Assembly: GCA_023213395.1 (NCBI GenBank) | Contig: CM041465.1 | Coordinates: 213,101,741 to 213,165,740 of the forward strand | DNA: 64,000 nucleotides | Direction: 5' to 3' | Source of the DNA: Cycas panzhihuaensis | Lineage: Eukaryota; Plantae; Cycadophyta | Part shown: positions 48,542-61,756 of the stretch, one piece after another | Layout: every line of letters starts with the position of its first letter | Position numbering within the stretch: the first letter of the stretch is position 1 | The notes under the pieces: model-generated | The model's input: the letters and a program-made list of their open reading frames with translations, nothing else | The model's database searches: none | What the model was told of the DNA's origin: nothing | Translations under genes and position numbers: made by a program

Positions 48542-51406
48542 AGTTGAATCTCAAGGCAAGTCACCAAAGAGACCCTAGGTGAATGATTCTTGTGTAAAGG
48601 AAGGTAAAGGTGAAATGACTTGAGTGGATCCTTAACCTTTCACCTAAGGAGAAGGGATGCCTCTCTAATCATGTGTCAAGCAAGTGAAAGGACCAAATTA
48701 TTGCTTGCTTACTCAACTATTTATACATGAAATCTAAATCAAAAAAATAAATGCAGTAATCTAAACTAATAAAATAGCATAATTAAAGCCCCCTTTTAAC
48801 TTAAGGAAAGAAACAAATAAATTTTCAATAGGAAGAAGGATTATTAAGTTCCTTACCCTAATGAAAATGTCCTAAGCTTCTTACTCATCTACCCTAATGC
48901 CATCCTAAAGGTGATGCCCTATCTTAGACCTCTATCCCACTTTCAAAGGAAAAGTCTATATCAATCTAGTTAAATAATAGGAGGACTGATGAGTATAAAG
49001 ATTCAAGAGAGCTTAGACTCTCAATTAATGACCTTATTAGGGGTCAAATGTTGGTGACTTCCTCACCTGGTAATGATTTATCCATAAATATTGATGGCCT
49101 AAGGATCCCCATATATAATTCTCGTGAGTTCTTATAATTAGAGGTGGATAGAAGAGAGAAGAGAGAGTTGCTCTCAACTCAAAGGTAAATGGCAAGTTGA
49201 TACCTTTCGTGTTCAAAACACAACATGAATGTCAATCCCAAGGAAGAGGAGGTTTGTGTGTTGGAGATGTCAAGTTCTAATTGATCAAAAGATCTCTTGT
49301 AATGTAAGGTATTTATCCCTAGGAAAGGATAAGCTTGTACACTAAGGTTGTAAAGTTTTAAGTGACCAAGCAAATCCTAATGGGAGGAATGAGACCTAAC
49401 CTAAGGGGACCACACAATAAAAATAAAGTCCTAAATGTAAGTCAATGATGTAATTTTCATTTATATACAAGTAATTAACAATAATTAGTCAAATAACACT
49501 CTTCAAAATTTAACTTAGACTAATGTGACTTTACCCAATGTATCTATACATATGTTCATTTTTTCTTTTTTTCTCCTTTTTCTTTTATATGTTATCTAAA
49601 TGATATACACCTATTACTTAAGATGTTTAAAGAGAAATTGATGAGTTCTTTTAAATGAACTTACATTTATCTTGGCTACTCAAAATAGTGCCCTTATAAC
49701 AAGTTGTCAAGAAAACTCTCATTCACTTATTTCCTTTTTAATTCTTATTAAAGCAAAAAGAACATGAGGGATTTAAAAGAAAAAAGGATAAAAATAAACA
49801 ACAGCTTACCAATTATTCTTCATACATAAGGGAACAATAGGAGGAGGTTCACTTTTGTCTCAATTCATTGATATTCAAGGAATGATATTAATTTTTTCTT
49901 TGAATAAATATAAGAAGCCACAAAGTCTTGCTAATACTAATATCTTAAAAAAATGACAAACATACATCTACTATTTTTACTACATGATTTCTTTCTTTCT
50001 TTTTCTTCCTTTCTTATTTTAATAAAAAAAGAACTATAAATGAAGGAATAAGGAAGCTCAAAACTCTGTGAGGAAGAGTCTAAGACCTTCTTTAATCTCT
50101 CTCTACAAGGAAGACTCCTTTCCTACCTAAGAACTAGGGCTTATTTTAGTGAGCTCTTATAAGTTGTGAGAGAAGGCCTTTAAACTTAAGAGTATCCTCC
50201 TTATATCTTATACAAAGAAAGAAAAAGAAAACTAGGCTAAAGCTCAAGAAATCATAAAAATATTAAGAGAAACCAAGTAGATTTTCCTTAATATCTCTAG
50301 ATATTAACTATGGAACCCATCATTCTCATTGCAAAAAGAGAAAATAAACATTCATTTGGATAAGGAACAAGAACAAAAACCCATTTGTACCAAATCTAAC
50401 TACTTACATTTTTAGAGATTATAAAAGTTGTATAGGAAGTTGAAAAGTATCTCAAATTAGTGCATGGCCTCCCAAAAAACATCTAAAATAAGCCCTAAAA
50501 AGAGATAGAGCTGAATAAAAATCTTATAAGGTGAAGAGTGTGCTTTAGTGAGTGAAGAGGGGAGAAAAGGAGAAGAAAGGAGTTAAGAAGAGAATGGGAT
50601 AAAGTTAAGGAAGTGTAGCCTTAAGCTTTGCAAATCTATCAATATGTTAGCTCTCCAAACTCCAAAATCACACCAAACATGATTAATGAAAGCCACAAGA
50701 TTTAGGGTGAAAATCTAATAACACCCCATTACACAAAGTTCTCTCCCATTTTCTTAAGAAAATGGGAATGATTTAGAGAGTAAAGAAAGAGAGGAAGAAG
50801 TAAGAAAGTTAGGGGAAAGTGGAGTCAACATTTCATAGAAACCAATGTCTATACGATGGGAAAAAATAACCTACCATTATTAATTTTTTTAATGTAGGAA
50901 TCAGAAAAATATGACTTATAATAAAAAAACAAGATATATTTAAAATTATGACATAAAAATATACTAAAATTATAATCAACTAGAAATGATAGAAAACTGA
51001 GAATTCTACCTAAAAACCATAAAAAAACAAGGTAATGATTAGTGAAAAGGTGAACCATGAGGCTAATAAAAGAGTAAACAAAGCAAATCTAGGGAGTTCA
51101 ATAATCAACAACTACTATATAATGAAGAATTATCAAGTAAAAGAGATGGTGAAAAAAGTTTTAAAAAAAGGACAAGATTGAGCTTTAGAGGAAGTTAGAG
51201 TGTGCCATTTTAGTAACCCCTTTATGATATTTGTATCATAGGTAGTAATAAAAATCAATCATGATCATAATTAAATCATAGGAGTCTAATCATCAAGCCA
51301 AGTAGTTTATTACACCATAACAAAGTCATGAAATCAAGCCCCAACAATGAATAAGATCAGTTAAGAGACTTGACCAAAGTCAAAAGGGATTTTGTTAATT
51401 GAAACA
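48542..51406 (-). repeat. 5' LTR of the Tat element (~2.87 kb)
   Basis: Colinear with 31462-34363; adjacent to the PBS. Confidence 0.9.
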
Positions 51407-52545
51407 AGACACAATGAAGCTTGTGTAACTATAAAAAGCAACAACAATATTTATGGGGTGAAAAACACTTGATTTATAATATTTATGCTTCATTTTTCTA
51501 GAAATTAAGTCTTCCAAGATGTTTGTCTTTCTCTTATGATGTTGTGGATGAATTTTCAGGGAAAATAGATGAAAAATCATGGAAATATATCTGATCAAAG
51601 CCACACATGCTTGTGTGTCTCATAAATATAAAACAATGACCACTTTTCAATAAAAATCATATTTTATAATATTTTAAGCTTTAAAATTATATTAAATTAA
51701 TTTAAATTTTCTTTGTGAGTCTATGAAGCCTCCTCACAAGGTCATATGGTGTAATTTCATGTGATCATTAGTGATAAAGCTAGGTATTAAACTTTATTTT
51801 TTTAGCCTCAATGAATATTTGTGATATGATGTGATATTTTCAATCATAACTTGAGTATATGATAACAAAATCACGATCTAAAAAATATGTTAGATTCTAC
51901 ATCTAGAGATTCTTATAATGACTAGTTACAAGATATAATTTAGGTTTGATTTATAGAATAATTTCATTAATAAAGTGGAGCAAAGGAAATTTGGTACTTA
52001 TTATGAGGTTTTTGTAGAGAAAATTAAGGTACTTTTCAATATTTTCTAATTATGTAAGTGTTCATAGATGCATAAATAATAATTGTGGGCTTATATTTAA
52101 AAGAAAATGATATAAAAAGGGTTTAAATGACTTATTTTTATTCATTTTAGCTTATGAGAACCTCCTTTAAAAGAAAAAATACAAACAATGTGTCGTAAGA
52201 GAAAGATAATTTGAAGATATTTTAATTAAAAGTTGGATAGTGTGATGTTGTTAATGATTAGCTTTTTTTTTTTATGTTTTTAGTATATTGAAGCCCTTTC
52301 TTAAACCACCTATTATTTACTGATTGATGATTGAGTTTGGGAAGATTTGTTGAGGTTTTTTTGGAGTTATCAAAGTTTGGAGATTTGTTTATAAAGCTAC
52401 TTTGATTAAGGCTATGAAGAGTAATGCTAAAATTGAAGGTTATAAATCAATATAGGCCAATACTTAGAACCACATTTGACAAAGGGTGTAGAATACTATT
52501 TCTATACTACTCTTATCCCTTTGTAGATAGTTAGTTCTTAGCTAG

Positions 52546-53651
52546 GTGGTTCAGCATATTCCTAAAGATAGTTATTTGATGCTACTCAGCTAGTGAATGG
52601 CATATCTAAAGTACTTCTTAACAAATTAGTAGTGACAATGCTTAGTTACATATGTAGTCTAATAGATGATAGTTGTTTCATATAGATATTAGTTATATTT
52701 TTTGTTAAAGATTGATTCTAATGAGGAGTTCATTTTTATGTATTTGTATCTTTATAGGTGATGGTTTTTTCTCATATGAGGTTGAGCAATTTCAGGAGCT
52801 TGTAGTTCTCCTTTCCTAGTGGTGATTTGAGAATATAAAATTTATAGCTATGGAGATGAAGAATTTTCTATTATTTATGAATTAAATATTAAGTGGGAGT
52901 ATTAGATATCGTGTAATATTTAATTCATAAGTATAAAATCCCCTTTCATATGTGAACTCTCTCATGTGTAAGTATGAAGATGTGTGTACTTATAAAGAGT
53001 TATGTAATATGCACAAAGGTCATTATAAGGGTTCTCAAGTGTAATTGGATAGTCATGAGTTAATTGTATCTATATATATGTTGCCCTTCTAATACAATAC
53101 TTGGAGATGATCATTTCCCATTAGACTATTATCTTATGTGGTTCAACCTATTCCTAGAGATAGTTATTTAATGCTACTTAACTAGTGAATGATGTACCTA
53201 AAACACTTCTTAGCAAATTGGTAGCTACAATGGCTAGTTACATGTGTAGTCTAATAAATAATAATTGTTTCATATGGGCATCAGTTATCATTTTGATTAA
53301 AGATTGATGCTAATGAGGAGTTTGTATTTGTGTATTTGTAGCTTTATAAGTGATGGTGTTTGATCACATAAGCCTAAGAAAATTTATGAGCTTGTAGTTC
53401 TACTTTCCTAGTGGTGATTTGAGAAGATAAAATTTCTAGCTATGAAGATAAAGAAGTTTCTATTGTTTATGAATTAAATATTAAGTGGGAGTGTTAGATA
53501 TTGTGTAATTTTTAATTCATAAACATAAAAGCCCTTTTCATATATGAACTCTCTCATGTATAATTATGAAGATATGTGCACTTATAAAGAGTTATATAAT
53601 ACATATATAAGTCATTATAAGGGGTCTCAAATGTAATTGGATAATCATGGG

Positions 53652-53741
<90 letters not shown>

Positions 53742-53797
53742 CTCTCATAATACAATATTTGGGGATGTTCATTTCTCGCAAGGCTATTATATTATAT
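52546..53797 (+). repeat. 592-bp tandem duplication covering the 3' internal end, PPT and first ~238 bp of the LTR of element C
   Basis: Units begin gtggttca at 52546 and 53138; both contain attaagtgggag followed by t(a/g)ttagatat. Confidence 0.9.
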
Positions 53798-53898
53798 GTT
53801 TATTGCATATTTTATCTTATTTATTCATTATTGGCATATCATTAATCATCTCATGATAAATTTTATATTGTGCATCTGTATTTAATATTATTCCAACA
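53492..53898 (+). repeat. 3' LTR of element C with (TA)~40 at 53657-53736
   Basis: TGTTAG...CCAACA after the PPT. Confidence 0.87.
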
Positions 53899-55288
53899 AT
53901 ACCTATTTCAAAATTTAGTGGGTATGAAAAAGATAAAGGATGAAGTAAAGACTAAAGTAAGATTCACCTATTTATTATAAGTGTACCCTTGACATGGTAC
54001 AAGTAGTTGGATCCATCCAAGATATAGAAAATCATCAAGAAGAAATTCAAGGAGAGATTTCAAAAAGTTTAGAAGTAATAAAGCAAGGGAATTATCCCTC
54101 AGAGAAATTATACAAAGACTAAGAGAATCAGTGTTGATATATAAAAGTAAAATGAAAATTGTATCTGTAAATATATAAAATGGAGAGAATATTATATATT
54201 ACAATATGAGGAATTACTTTGCTAATGGACTTAATTTAAAATTAAGGCAATAATGGCACTACCCTTTTATATCATTTTAATATTTACAAGGATTAACATT
54301 AGATTTTGAAAAATAAATGGATACCTGTATGGGAAGCCATGACCCATCACTATTAAACTTACAAGAAGAGATATAAGAACTTTAAAATTAGAATGTAAAC
54401 AAACCCTATTTCCAAGTAGCAAAAGTAGAAGAGATGTCAAAGGTGGAAGCTCTTAGAAAGAAGATAGAAAGATTAAAAATGGTTATACATAAATTCCAAG
54501 TGTAAGAGGAAGAATAGGTAAAAAGTAGAAGAACAAAGAACCTCATTTTAAAAAATAGTATCACGTTTATGATGAAGATTCACATTCTACCAAGGAATGT
54601 AGCTTAAATGGAAAGAATAATGGAATTACAAAGCAAAATAAATGATGTTATATTCTTTTTATAGATAATCATAACACAAAAGAATATTACTTTAATGGAA
54701 ATGTTAAAACCCAGAAAGGAAAAGGAAGGGGGTGAGGTGATGAATTAATTCAAACATTGTACACCGCTTGTATAACACTAAAGAGTTCAAAGACAAATCC
54801 ACCAATGGGTGACGCCTAGTCTACATGGAATATGGTCACTTGAAATTAGAATGTCCCATGGCCAAGTCATATACAAAATACCCCTTAACATGCAATAATC
54901 ATAGGCCTAGCACCAACCCCATAGAAGATTGTAAAGGAAAATTAAAAATAACAAACTTAATGTCTATAGTACCAGAGTCATCAAAAAATATAAGTCTATA
55001 AACAAGAAGTGTCAACAAGGGAGAAAAGAAAGTAGAAGGGGATTAGCCAAACCATAAAGTTGAAATTGATTAATTTATGATAGTGAAAAAAGCCTTGGAA
55101 GATGTCGTAAGAGAAGAGATAGCCAAGAGTTTACTTATAGGAAAGTCAGAGATGAAGTAAGTATAGACAAGAAGGCCTAAAGCCAAAGAACAAATAGTGG
55201 AATCCAAAGAGAAAAAAATAGTTATAGATCAACAACCATTTATACTTAAGGCAAAGGAATTATTTATAATATTTCAAGTAAAAGACAT
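53899..55288 (+). pseudogene. gag: decayed gag of an old non-chromovirus Gypsy host element (upstream part probably ~28.9-30.06 kb)
   Basis: SKFSG, PLTWYK*LDPSKI, RNYFANGLN, and degenerate CCHC knuckles (HSTKEC ~54590, GHLKLECP ~54840). Confidence 0.55.
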
Positions 55289-56202
55289 TGATCCCAAAGT
55301 AGAGCTTAATTGGTGAATAAATAAATTATCAACCTTTCTCCTTGAGATCCTCAGTATTAGTATAGAATTCTCAATAACATCAAAATAAGGATGAGCCCAC
55401 AAAAGGAAATTCTATACCAAATCATTTATACTTTCCATTGATCCAAAGGTAAGAAGAGTAATACTTTTATTAAACTATAAAAATTTCCATTTAATGGTGG
55501 AGAAAACAACTAGCAAAAGAATGGTCAAGTTATAAAAAATAAATGATACAATTATACCATAATGGGGGCCTCCAACCCTCTAAGTGCTTCTCTAAGGATG
55601 CTCCTAAGTCAAGTCTCTTTCACATATAAGAACTAAGTCTCCAACCATATAAATGAGCTCAATAGGGCTCAAGTTATAGAAAGAAATCTAAATTGCATGT
55701 TTAGCAAGTGGCAATCATATAAGTATAACCACTAACAACCAAAATGCATGTTGTTCAAGTGGCCTTCATACAATTCTTAAAAGTTGCAGCTTGTGCCTAG
55801 GATTAATGAACTCCAATTCATCTCAAATTTGGTAAACATATAGGAACATATGTCCCATTATCTTCCTCAAAATATTAGCTTATTTGGATGTCATTTGACT
55901 ACATTTTCATTGATTTAATGATAGTATATATTTGTTATTTTTTTGTTGGTTATGGGATCAATTTTCTATAAAATAAGGCTTGAAATCTAATCAAATGATA
56001 TTTTATGAACCCCAAATTTTGTACACATGTAGTGGGATGTGTCTTATTTCTTTTCACAAAATTTCATATAAGTTTGATACCATTTGTCCATATCTCTTTC
56101 AGTTATGTCAATGCTTAGCATTTTCTACATCTTGTAGACATATGGTAGATCCTCCTAGCATTTTCTGCCTCCTGTAAACATATGGTAGATTCTCCTGGAT
56201 CA
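55289..56202 (-). repeat. 3' LTR of the CRM-like element
   Basis: 914-bp direct repeat of 60839-61751. Confidence 0.95.
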
Positions 56203-56229
56203 TGGATCCCCTTCCTTATAAAATAGCCA

Positions 56230-59200
56230 ACCCTTGTTTGGATTAGAATTGGAGATGGGGGAAGTGTTGTTCTCCTTATTTCCTACTAAACCACTTGGCC
56301 TTACTAGGCAATTGTCCTGTTACTCCAATCTTGAAAGATTCATGTGTCTTATGTCTTATTTTGGTTGATTTTCTCTCCAAGATACAATCTTCCTTGAGAG
56401 GCTCCTCACTTTTCAAATATAAGTCATCAATTGAAGGTAAAGTGAACTGGTCTTGGTCCTCATCTAGCATGGAAGGCTCAAAGAGTTGTAAATATTTAGC
56501 ATTTACTACTGAATATATTTACATATAAGGTGGCAGATCAAGTTAGAAAGCATTACTACCTACTTTTCTTAAAATCTTAAATGGTCCATACCTTATCAGT
56601 TTGAGTTTCTTACCTTCTCCTTTTAACCTATCTTTACTCAAGTATAACCATACCAAATCCCCTTCTTGAAAAGTACACTCTTACTTATGCTTGTCATGTC
56701 TTTCCTTGTACTTTTGTTAAGTCCTTAGAAGTTGATCATGTACTTCTTTGTAGACTCTCTAGATCTTCTCCAAGTATCTTAAATCCTTATCATGCTCCTC
56801 CTTCTCTTTGACGGATCCTTCCTTAGCTTGCATAGAAAACTCTAAGTCAAATGGACTTTGAGGCAAGTATCCCAAACAAACTTCAAAAGGTACTTTAGAG
56901 TGTGATGCATGCATTGCCCTATTAATTGCAAATTATAAAAAAGCCAATGATTCATCCCAAGTCTTTGGATGCTTGGAAATGTATCCCCTCAATAAATATA
57001 CCAAAGTTCTATTCACTACATTGGTTTATCCATCTGTTTCAGGATGGAAACTTATACTTCTTTTCAATTTGGTATCCATCATCTCCCATAGTGTCTTCAA
57101 AAATAATGAAAGGAATCGAGTGTCTCAATCTGAAATGATGGAAGAAGGCAAGCCAAAATTCTTCCATATATGCTCATAGAACAACTCAGCTGCTCTTATT
57201 CCTGTAATTATCTTCTTACAAGGTATTAGACATATCATTTTACTAAACCTATCTACAACAATAAAGAGATAGTCATGTCCCTTCCTAGTCATGGGAAGTC
57301 CCCCTAAGAAATTAATGGAGATGCTTTCCTAAGGCCTAGTCAGAATAGGAAGTGGTGTATACAATCCTAATTTTCTAGAAGAAGGCCTAGAAGTATTACA
57401 CATTACACATCCTTTTACATATTTTTTTACACCATTTTACATTTTTGGCCATACAACATATCTTCTCAAGTTTACTAAAGTCTTCTCTATACCAAAGTGA
57501 CCAGCTACTTTAGAAGTATGGGCTTCTCTAAGCCACTTGATCTTGTCTCCTTTTGATGGAACATAGAGCTTCTCCCCTTTAAAAAGTAGACCATCCTTCC
57601 AAGTAAGCTGGGAAGGTCTTCCTTTCACTAAGTTCTCTAATTATTCCTTCAAGGCTTCATCTTCATAGTATAAGTATTTATACTCTTCATGATGCATTAA
57701 CTCTACCTATAAACTCATGAGAGAACTACAAACAAAAGTAGAAGAGGAAGTGGAACAAGGTGGTCTAGATAATATATCAGCAATTTTGTTAATAGATCCC
57801 TTTTTGTACTTAATTACAATATTGAATTATTGTAAATAACTCATCCACTTCATGTGTCTTGCTTGCTATAATTTACTTTGGGTTTGCAATAATTGAAGAG
57901 GCTTATGATCAATATGAACTACAACCTCTTTTCCAACTAAGTAGGACCTCTAATGCTTGCATACTTGATGTAGTGCAAACATTTCTCGATTATATGTTGG
58001 GTAGTTTTTCACTTGAGGGGTGAAGACTTCTGAATGGTAAGCAATAGGCTTCCCATCTTGAATAAGGACATCTCCCATTACATTTCCACTTGCATCAGCT
58101 TCTACTTCAGAAGGCCTTTATAAATTTGGCATTGCCAAAACTAGTGCTTCATAAATTTTCTTCTTTAAAAGAAGAAAAACTTCTTCCTCCTTGGAACCCC
58201 AAGTAAACTTTTTACTAACTTTTATCAATCCATATAGAGGTGTTGCAACCTGTGAGAAATGAAGAATAAACTTTCTCAAGTATCGACAAGCTCCTAAAAA
58301 ACTTCTCATCTCTGTGGTATTTGTTGGCCTAGGCCATTTGAGGATGGCTTGAGTCTTGAGTGGATCGATGCTCAACTTTCCTCCTCCAACCACAAAGCCT
58401 AAGAAGACTAAGTTCTCCTTTCTAAATTCATATTTCTTCATATTAACCTTCAAATGATGCTTAGCCATAGTCTTTAAAACTTCTTGTATGTGCTGTAAAT
58501 GTTCCTCCCATATGTTGCTAAAAATCAAAATGTCATCAAGATAGACAACAATAAAATTATCCAAGTAAGGCCTTCACATTTCATTCATTAGCCTCATGAA
58601 TATTGCAGGAGCATTACACAATCTGAAAGGCTTAACCATCCATTCAAAGAGTCCTTACTTTGTTTTAAAGGCCATCTTTCACGTGTCCTCCTCTTTGACC
58701 CTAACTTGGTGATAACCACTTTTCAAATCTAACTTAGTAAAATAACAAGCATGATGAATTTGATCAAGTAAATTATCTATGTGAGGTAAAGGGTAGTGAT
58801 TTTTAATTATAATTTTATTCAAAGCATGAAAGTCTATACACATTCTCCATCCTCCATCCTTCTTAGGCACCAAGACAATCAGTGACCCACAAGGTGAATA
58901 TGAAGGTCTTATGACCCCTTGATCAAGCAATTCCTCAACTTGCCTCTTTATCTTATTATTCTCTACAATGGAGTGCCTATACAAAGCAACATTAGGTAAT
59001 GGTGCATCTCCTACAAGAGTGATTTCATGCTCTATCTTTCTCTTTGGTGGTAGCCCATCAACATGTTGAAATAGAATGTCATACCTTATCTTTAACTCCT
59101 CAATTTGTTGCATTTGTTTAGGTGATATAAGAAGAGTGTGAGTAGAAGGACCTTCTTCATCTCTTGGCTCTTCTTTTCTCCTTACCATTAAGATGATGAA

Positions 59201-60747
59201 TTTACCACATGCATTGATCATCCTTTTTACTTGAGTGGCTAAAATTAGCGTTATCTTATCCAAGTTCTTCTTTATGGCCTTTATGATAAAGCCCTTATTA
59301 TCCTTCATCAACCGATACTTTCTCTCCCTTCGATAGAAGAGTGCATCTCGATCGCATAAGTAAGGACTCCCAAGCACAACATGGCATACATCTAATGGTA
59401 CCACATCACATATCACTTCATCGATAAAAATATTTGTGATGGAAATTTTAAGTATACATTACTTTGATATTTGCATTTCCATATCTTTATAGATCCAACC
59501 AATAGGATATGGGTGAGGGTGAGGAGTAGTTACCAACCCAAGGCTCTTTACCAAACTTTTTGAGATCAAATTCTTTTGGCTCCCTAGATGTATAATGGCA
59601 CCAATAATATTATTTCCTACTTGAAGCTTCAAGTGAAATAGTTCCTCCCTTGTAGCATCATCTCCATAATTTGTAAGTAGAGTAACCTTCTCTTCTTCTC
59701 CTTCACTTTGAATCTCCATCTCAGAAAGTAGTGCTTTCCCTTTTTCCTTCTTTCTTAATTCTATATCCTTGATATGCTTTGGCTTTTGCTCTAGATGTAA
59801 CTTCCAATACTTTGCTACAATATGACCACTAATATCACAATACTCACAATAGTTAGAACTTTTAACAAATTAGTTATTTTCTTCTTTCCTTCTTGCCATT
59901 TAAATGAGTGCAATTTAGGATTCTTTTCATACTTATTAGAAGTAAAAATAGAATCTTTAGACATGAATATAGGTTTCTTGCTTTTACTTTCTATTGCCAT
60001 AGCCATTTTACTTACTTCTCTAATGGATTAAACCTTAAAAAGCCTTAGTTCCTTCCTTATATATTCATGTAATCCTCCAATAAATTTCATAAGAATGCTA
60101 CATTCATCCATATTAATACCAAGTAGCATGCCATGCCTAAAAAATAAAGAAGTATAGTCTTGGACACATACACCTCTCCCTTGGTGTAAATATTGCCAAG
60201 TGATCCATTGGTCTTCCTCATGACCTATGGGGTAGTATTACTTATTTATTATTTTCTGCAAATCCATCCATAAAAATGAAGATACATCATGAGTCTTCAA
60301 ATATGTATTCCACCATGTCAATGCATATTTACACAACTTGAGCCTAGCAAATGAAAGCTTTTGAGCATTACTATAAGCATAAATTGTGAAGTAGGTTTCA
60401 AGTTGATCCAACCAATGGTCCAACTTTTTAGCATTTACCTCTTCATCATAAGTTGGAATATCCAACTTTGCCTCCACCTTGAAGTGTTAATGAGATAAAG
60501 TACCCTTGCTTTCTTCAAATGAGTGCATTAAGGTCTCCTCCTCTTCCTTTTCATGGTTGTGGTTATATGTGGATCCTCCTTCAACTTCCTTCTCTTCGCC
60601 TTTTCCCTTGACTAGAGGTAGAAGTTGGGTCATCATTTACATAAAGACTTCTATGTTCTTCTCAAGCTTCTCAAATCTAATTTCTCCATCTTCTTTTTTA
60701 GCCACGGTGCTTGGATTTTTTATTTGTCTTCTTAGTGATTGCAACAT
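56230..60747 (-). pseudogene. CRM-type gag-pol (gag, PR, RT, RH, INT, chromodomain-like tail)
   Basis: LDIPTYDEEVNAKKLDHWL; LFHLKLQV..GSQKNLIS; CDVVPLDVCHVVLGSPYL; VPKKDGGWRMCIDF; KLDLKSGYHQ; VYLDDILIFS; HTSKVAGHFG; ILERKSTKIRH..FKIGVTGQLPSKAKW. Confidence 0.93.
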
Positions 60748-60838
60748 AAGAAAAGCTTCACCTTTCTCTTTGTATCCTTTCCTTGTCTGTACCATTCAAG
60801 TCCTTACAACAAAGATCACATGCTCTGATACCAAAATA

Positions 60839-61751
60839 TGATCTCAAAGTAGAGCTTAATTGGTGAAGAAATAAATTATCAACCTTTCTCCTTGAGATCC
60901 TAAGTATTAGTATAGAATTCTCAATAACATCAAAATAAAGATGAGCCCACAAAAGGAAATTCTATACCAAATCATTTATACTTGTCATTGCTCCAAAGGT
61001 AAGAAGAGTAATACTTTTATTAAAATATAAAAATCTCTATTTAATGGTGGAGAAAACAACTAGTAAAAGAATGGTCAAGTTATAAAAAATAGATTATACA
61101 ATTATACCATAATGGGGCCTCCAACCCTTCAAGTACTTCTCCAAGGATGCTCCCAAGTCAAGTCTCTTTCACATACAAGAACTAAGTCTCCAACCATATA
61201 AATGAGCTCAAGAGGGCTCAATTTATAGAAAGAAACCCAAATTGCATGTTTAATAAGTGGCAATCATACAAGTATAATCAGTAACAACTAAAATGCATGT
61301 TGTCCAAGTGGCCTTCATGTAATTCTTAAAAGTTTCAGCTTGTAGCTATGCTTAACGAACTCCAATTCAATTCAAATTTGGTACAAATATAGGAACAATT
61401 TCCCCTTATCTTCCTCAAAATTTTAGCTTATTTGGATGTCATTTGACCACATTTTCATTGATTTAATGATAGTATGTATTTGTTGTTTTTTTGTTGGTTG
61501 TGGAATCAATTTTTTACAAAACAAGGCTTGAAATCTAATCAAAATGATATTTTATGAACCCCAACTTTTGTACACATGTAGTGGGATGTGTCTTCTTCCT
61601 TTCGACAAAATTTAATATAAGTTTGATACCATTTATCCATATCCCTTTTAGTTATGCCAATGCTTAGCATTTTCTATATCTTGTAGACACATGGTAGATC
61701 CTCCTAACATTTTTTGCCTCCTGTAAACGTATGGTAGATTCTCCTGGATCA
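60839..61751 (-). repeat. 5' LTR of the CRM-like element
   Basis: 913-bp direct repeat, adjacent to the PBS. Confidence 0.95.
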
Positions 61752-61756
61752 GACAT

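Larger units (their letters stand above)
31462..51406 (-). mobile_element. giant Gypsy Tat-clade retrotransposon (~18 kb own length; TatIII-like architecture)
   Basis: 2.9-kb LTRs 31462-34363 and 48542-51406 (~80-85% by eye); tRNA-Arg-like PBS TGGTGACCATACTAGGG (rc 48519-48535); PPT remnant aaagaggcaaa (rc 34364-34374); gag-PR-RT-RH-INT then an archaeal RNase H. No clear TSD. Confidence 0.88.
30064..53898 (+). mobile_element. non-autonomous, apparently non-coding LTR element C (~3.9 kb own sequence), split by the nested Tat element
   Basis: LTRs 30064-30461 and 53492-53898 (~82-86% by eye), degenerate PBS tagtatcatag at 30464, PPT aagtgggag before the 3' LTR. No recognisable gag or pol in 30470-31461 or 51407-53491. 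Confidence 0.78.
55289..61751 (-). mobile_element. Gypsy chromovirus, CRM-like, full length (6.46 kb), decayed
   Basis: LTRs 55289-56202 and 60839-61751 with TGAT...ATCA termini (~93% by eye), perfect TSD GACAT (55284-55288 and 61752-61756), iMet PBS (rc 60822-60833), PPT aggaagggg. Confidence 0.96.

Noticed and set aside
31462-51406. Apparent age paradox, with the inner Tat LTRs more diverged than the outer C LTRs
   Set aside because: Manual counts give overlapping divergence (~15-20%), so no contradiction can be claimed.
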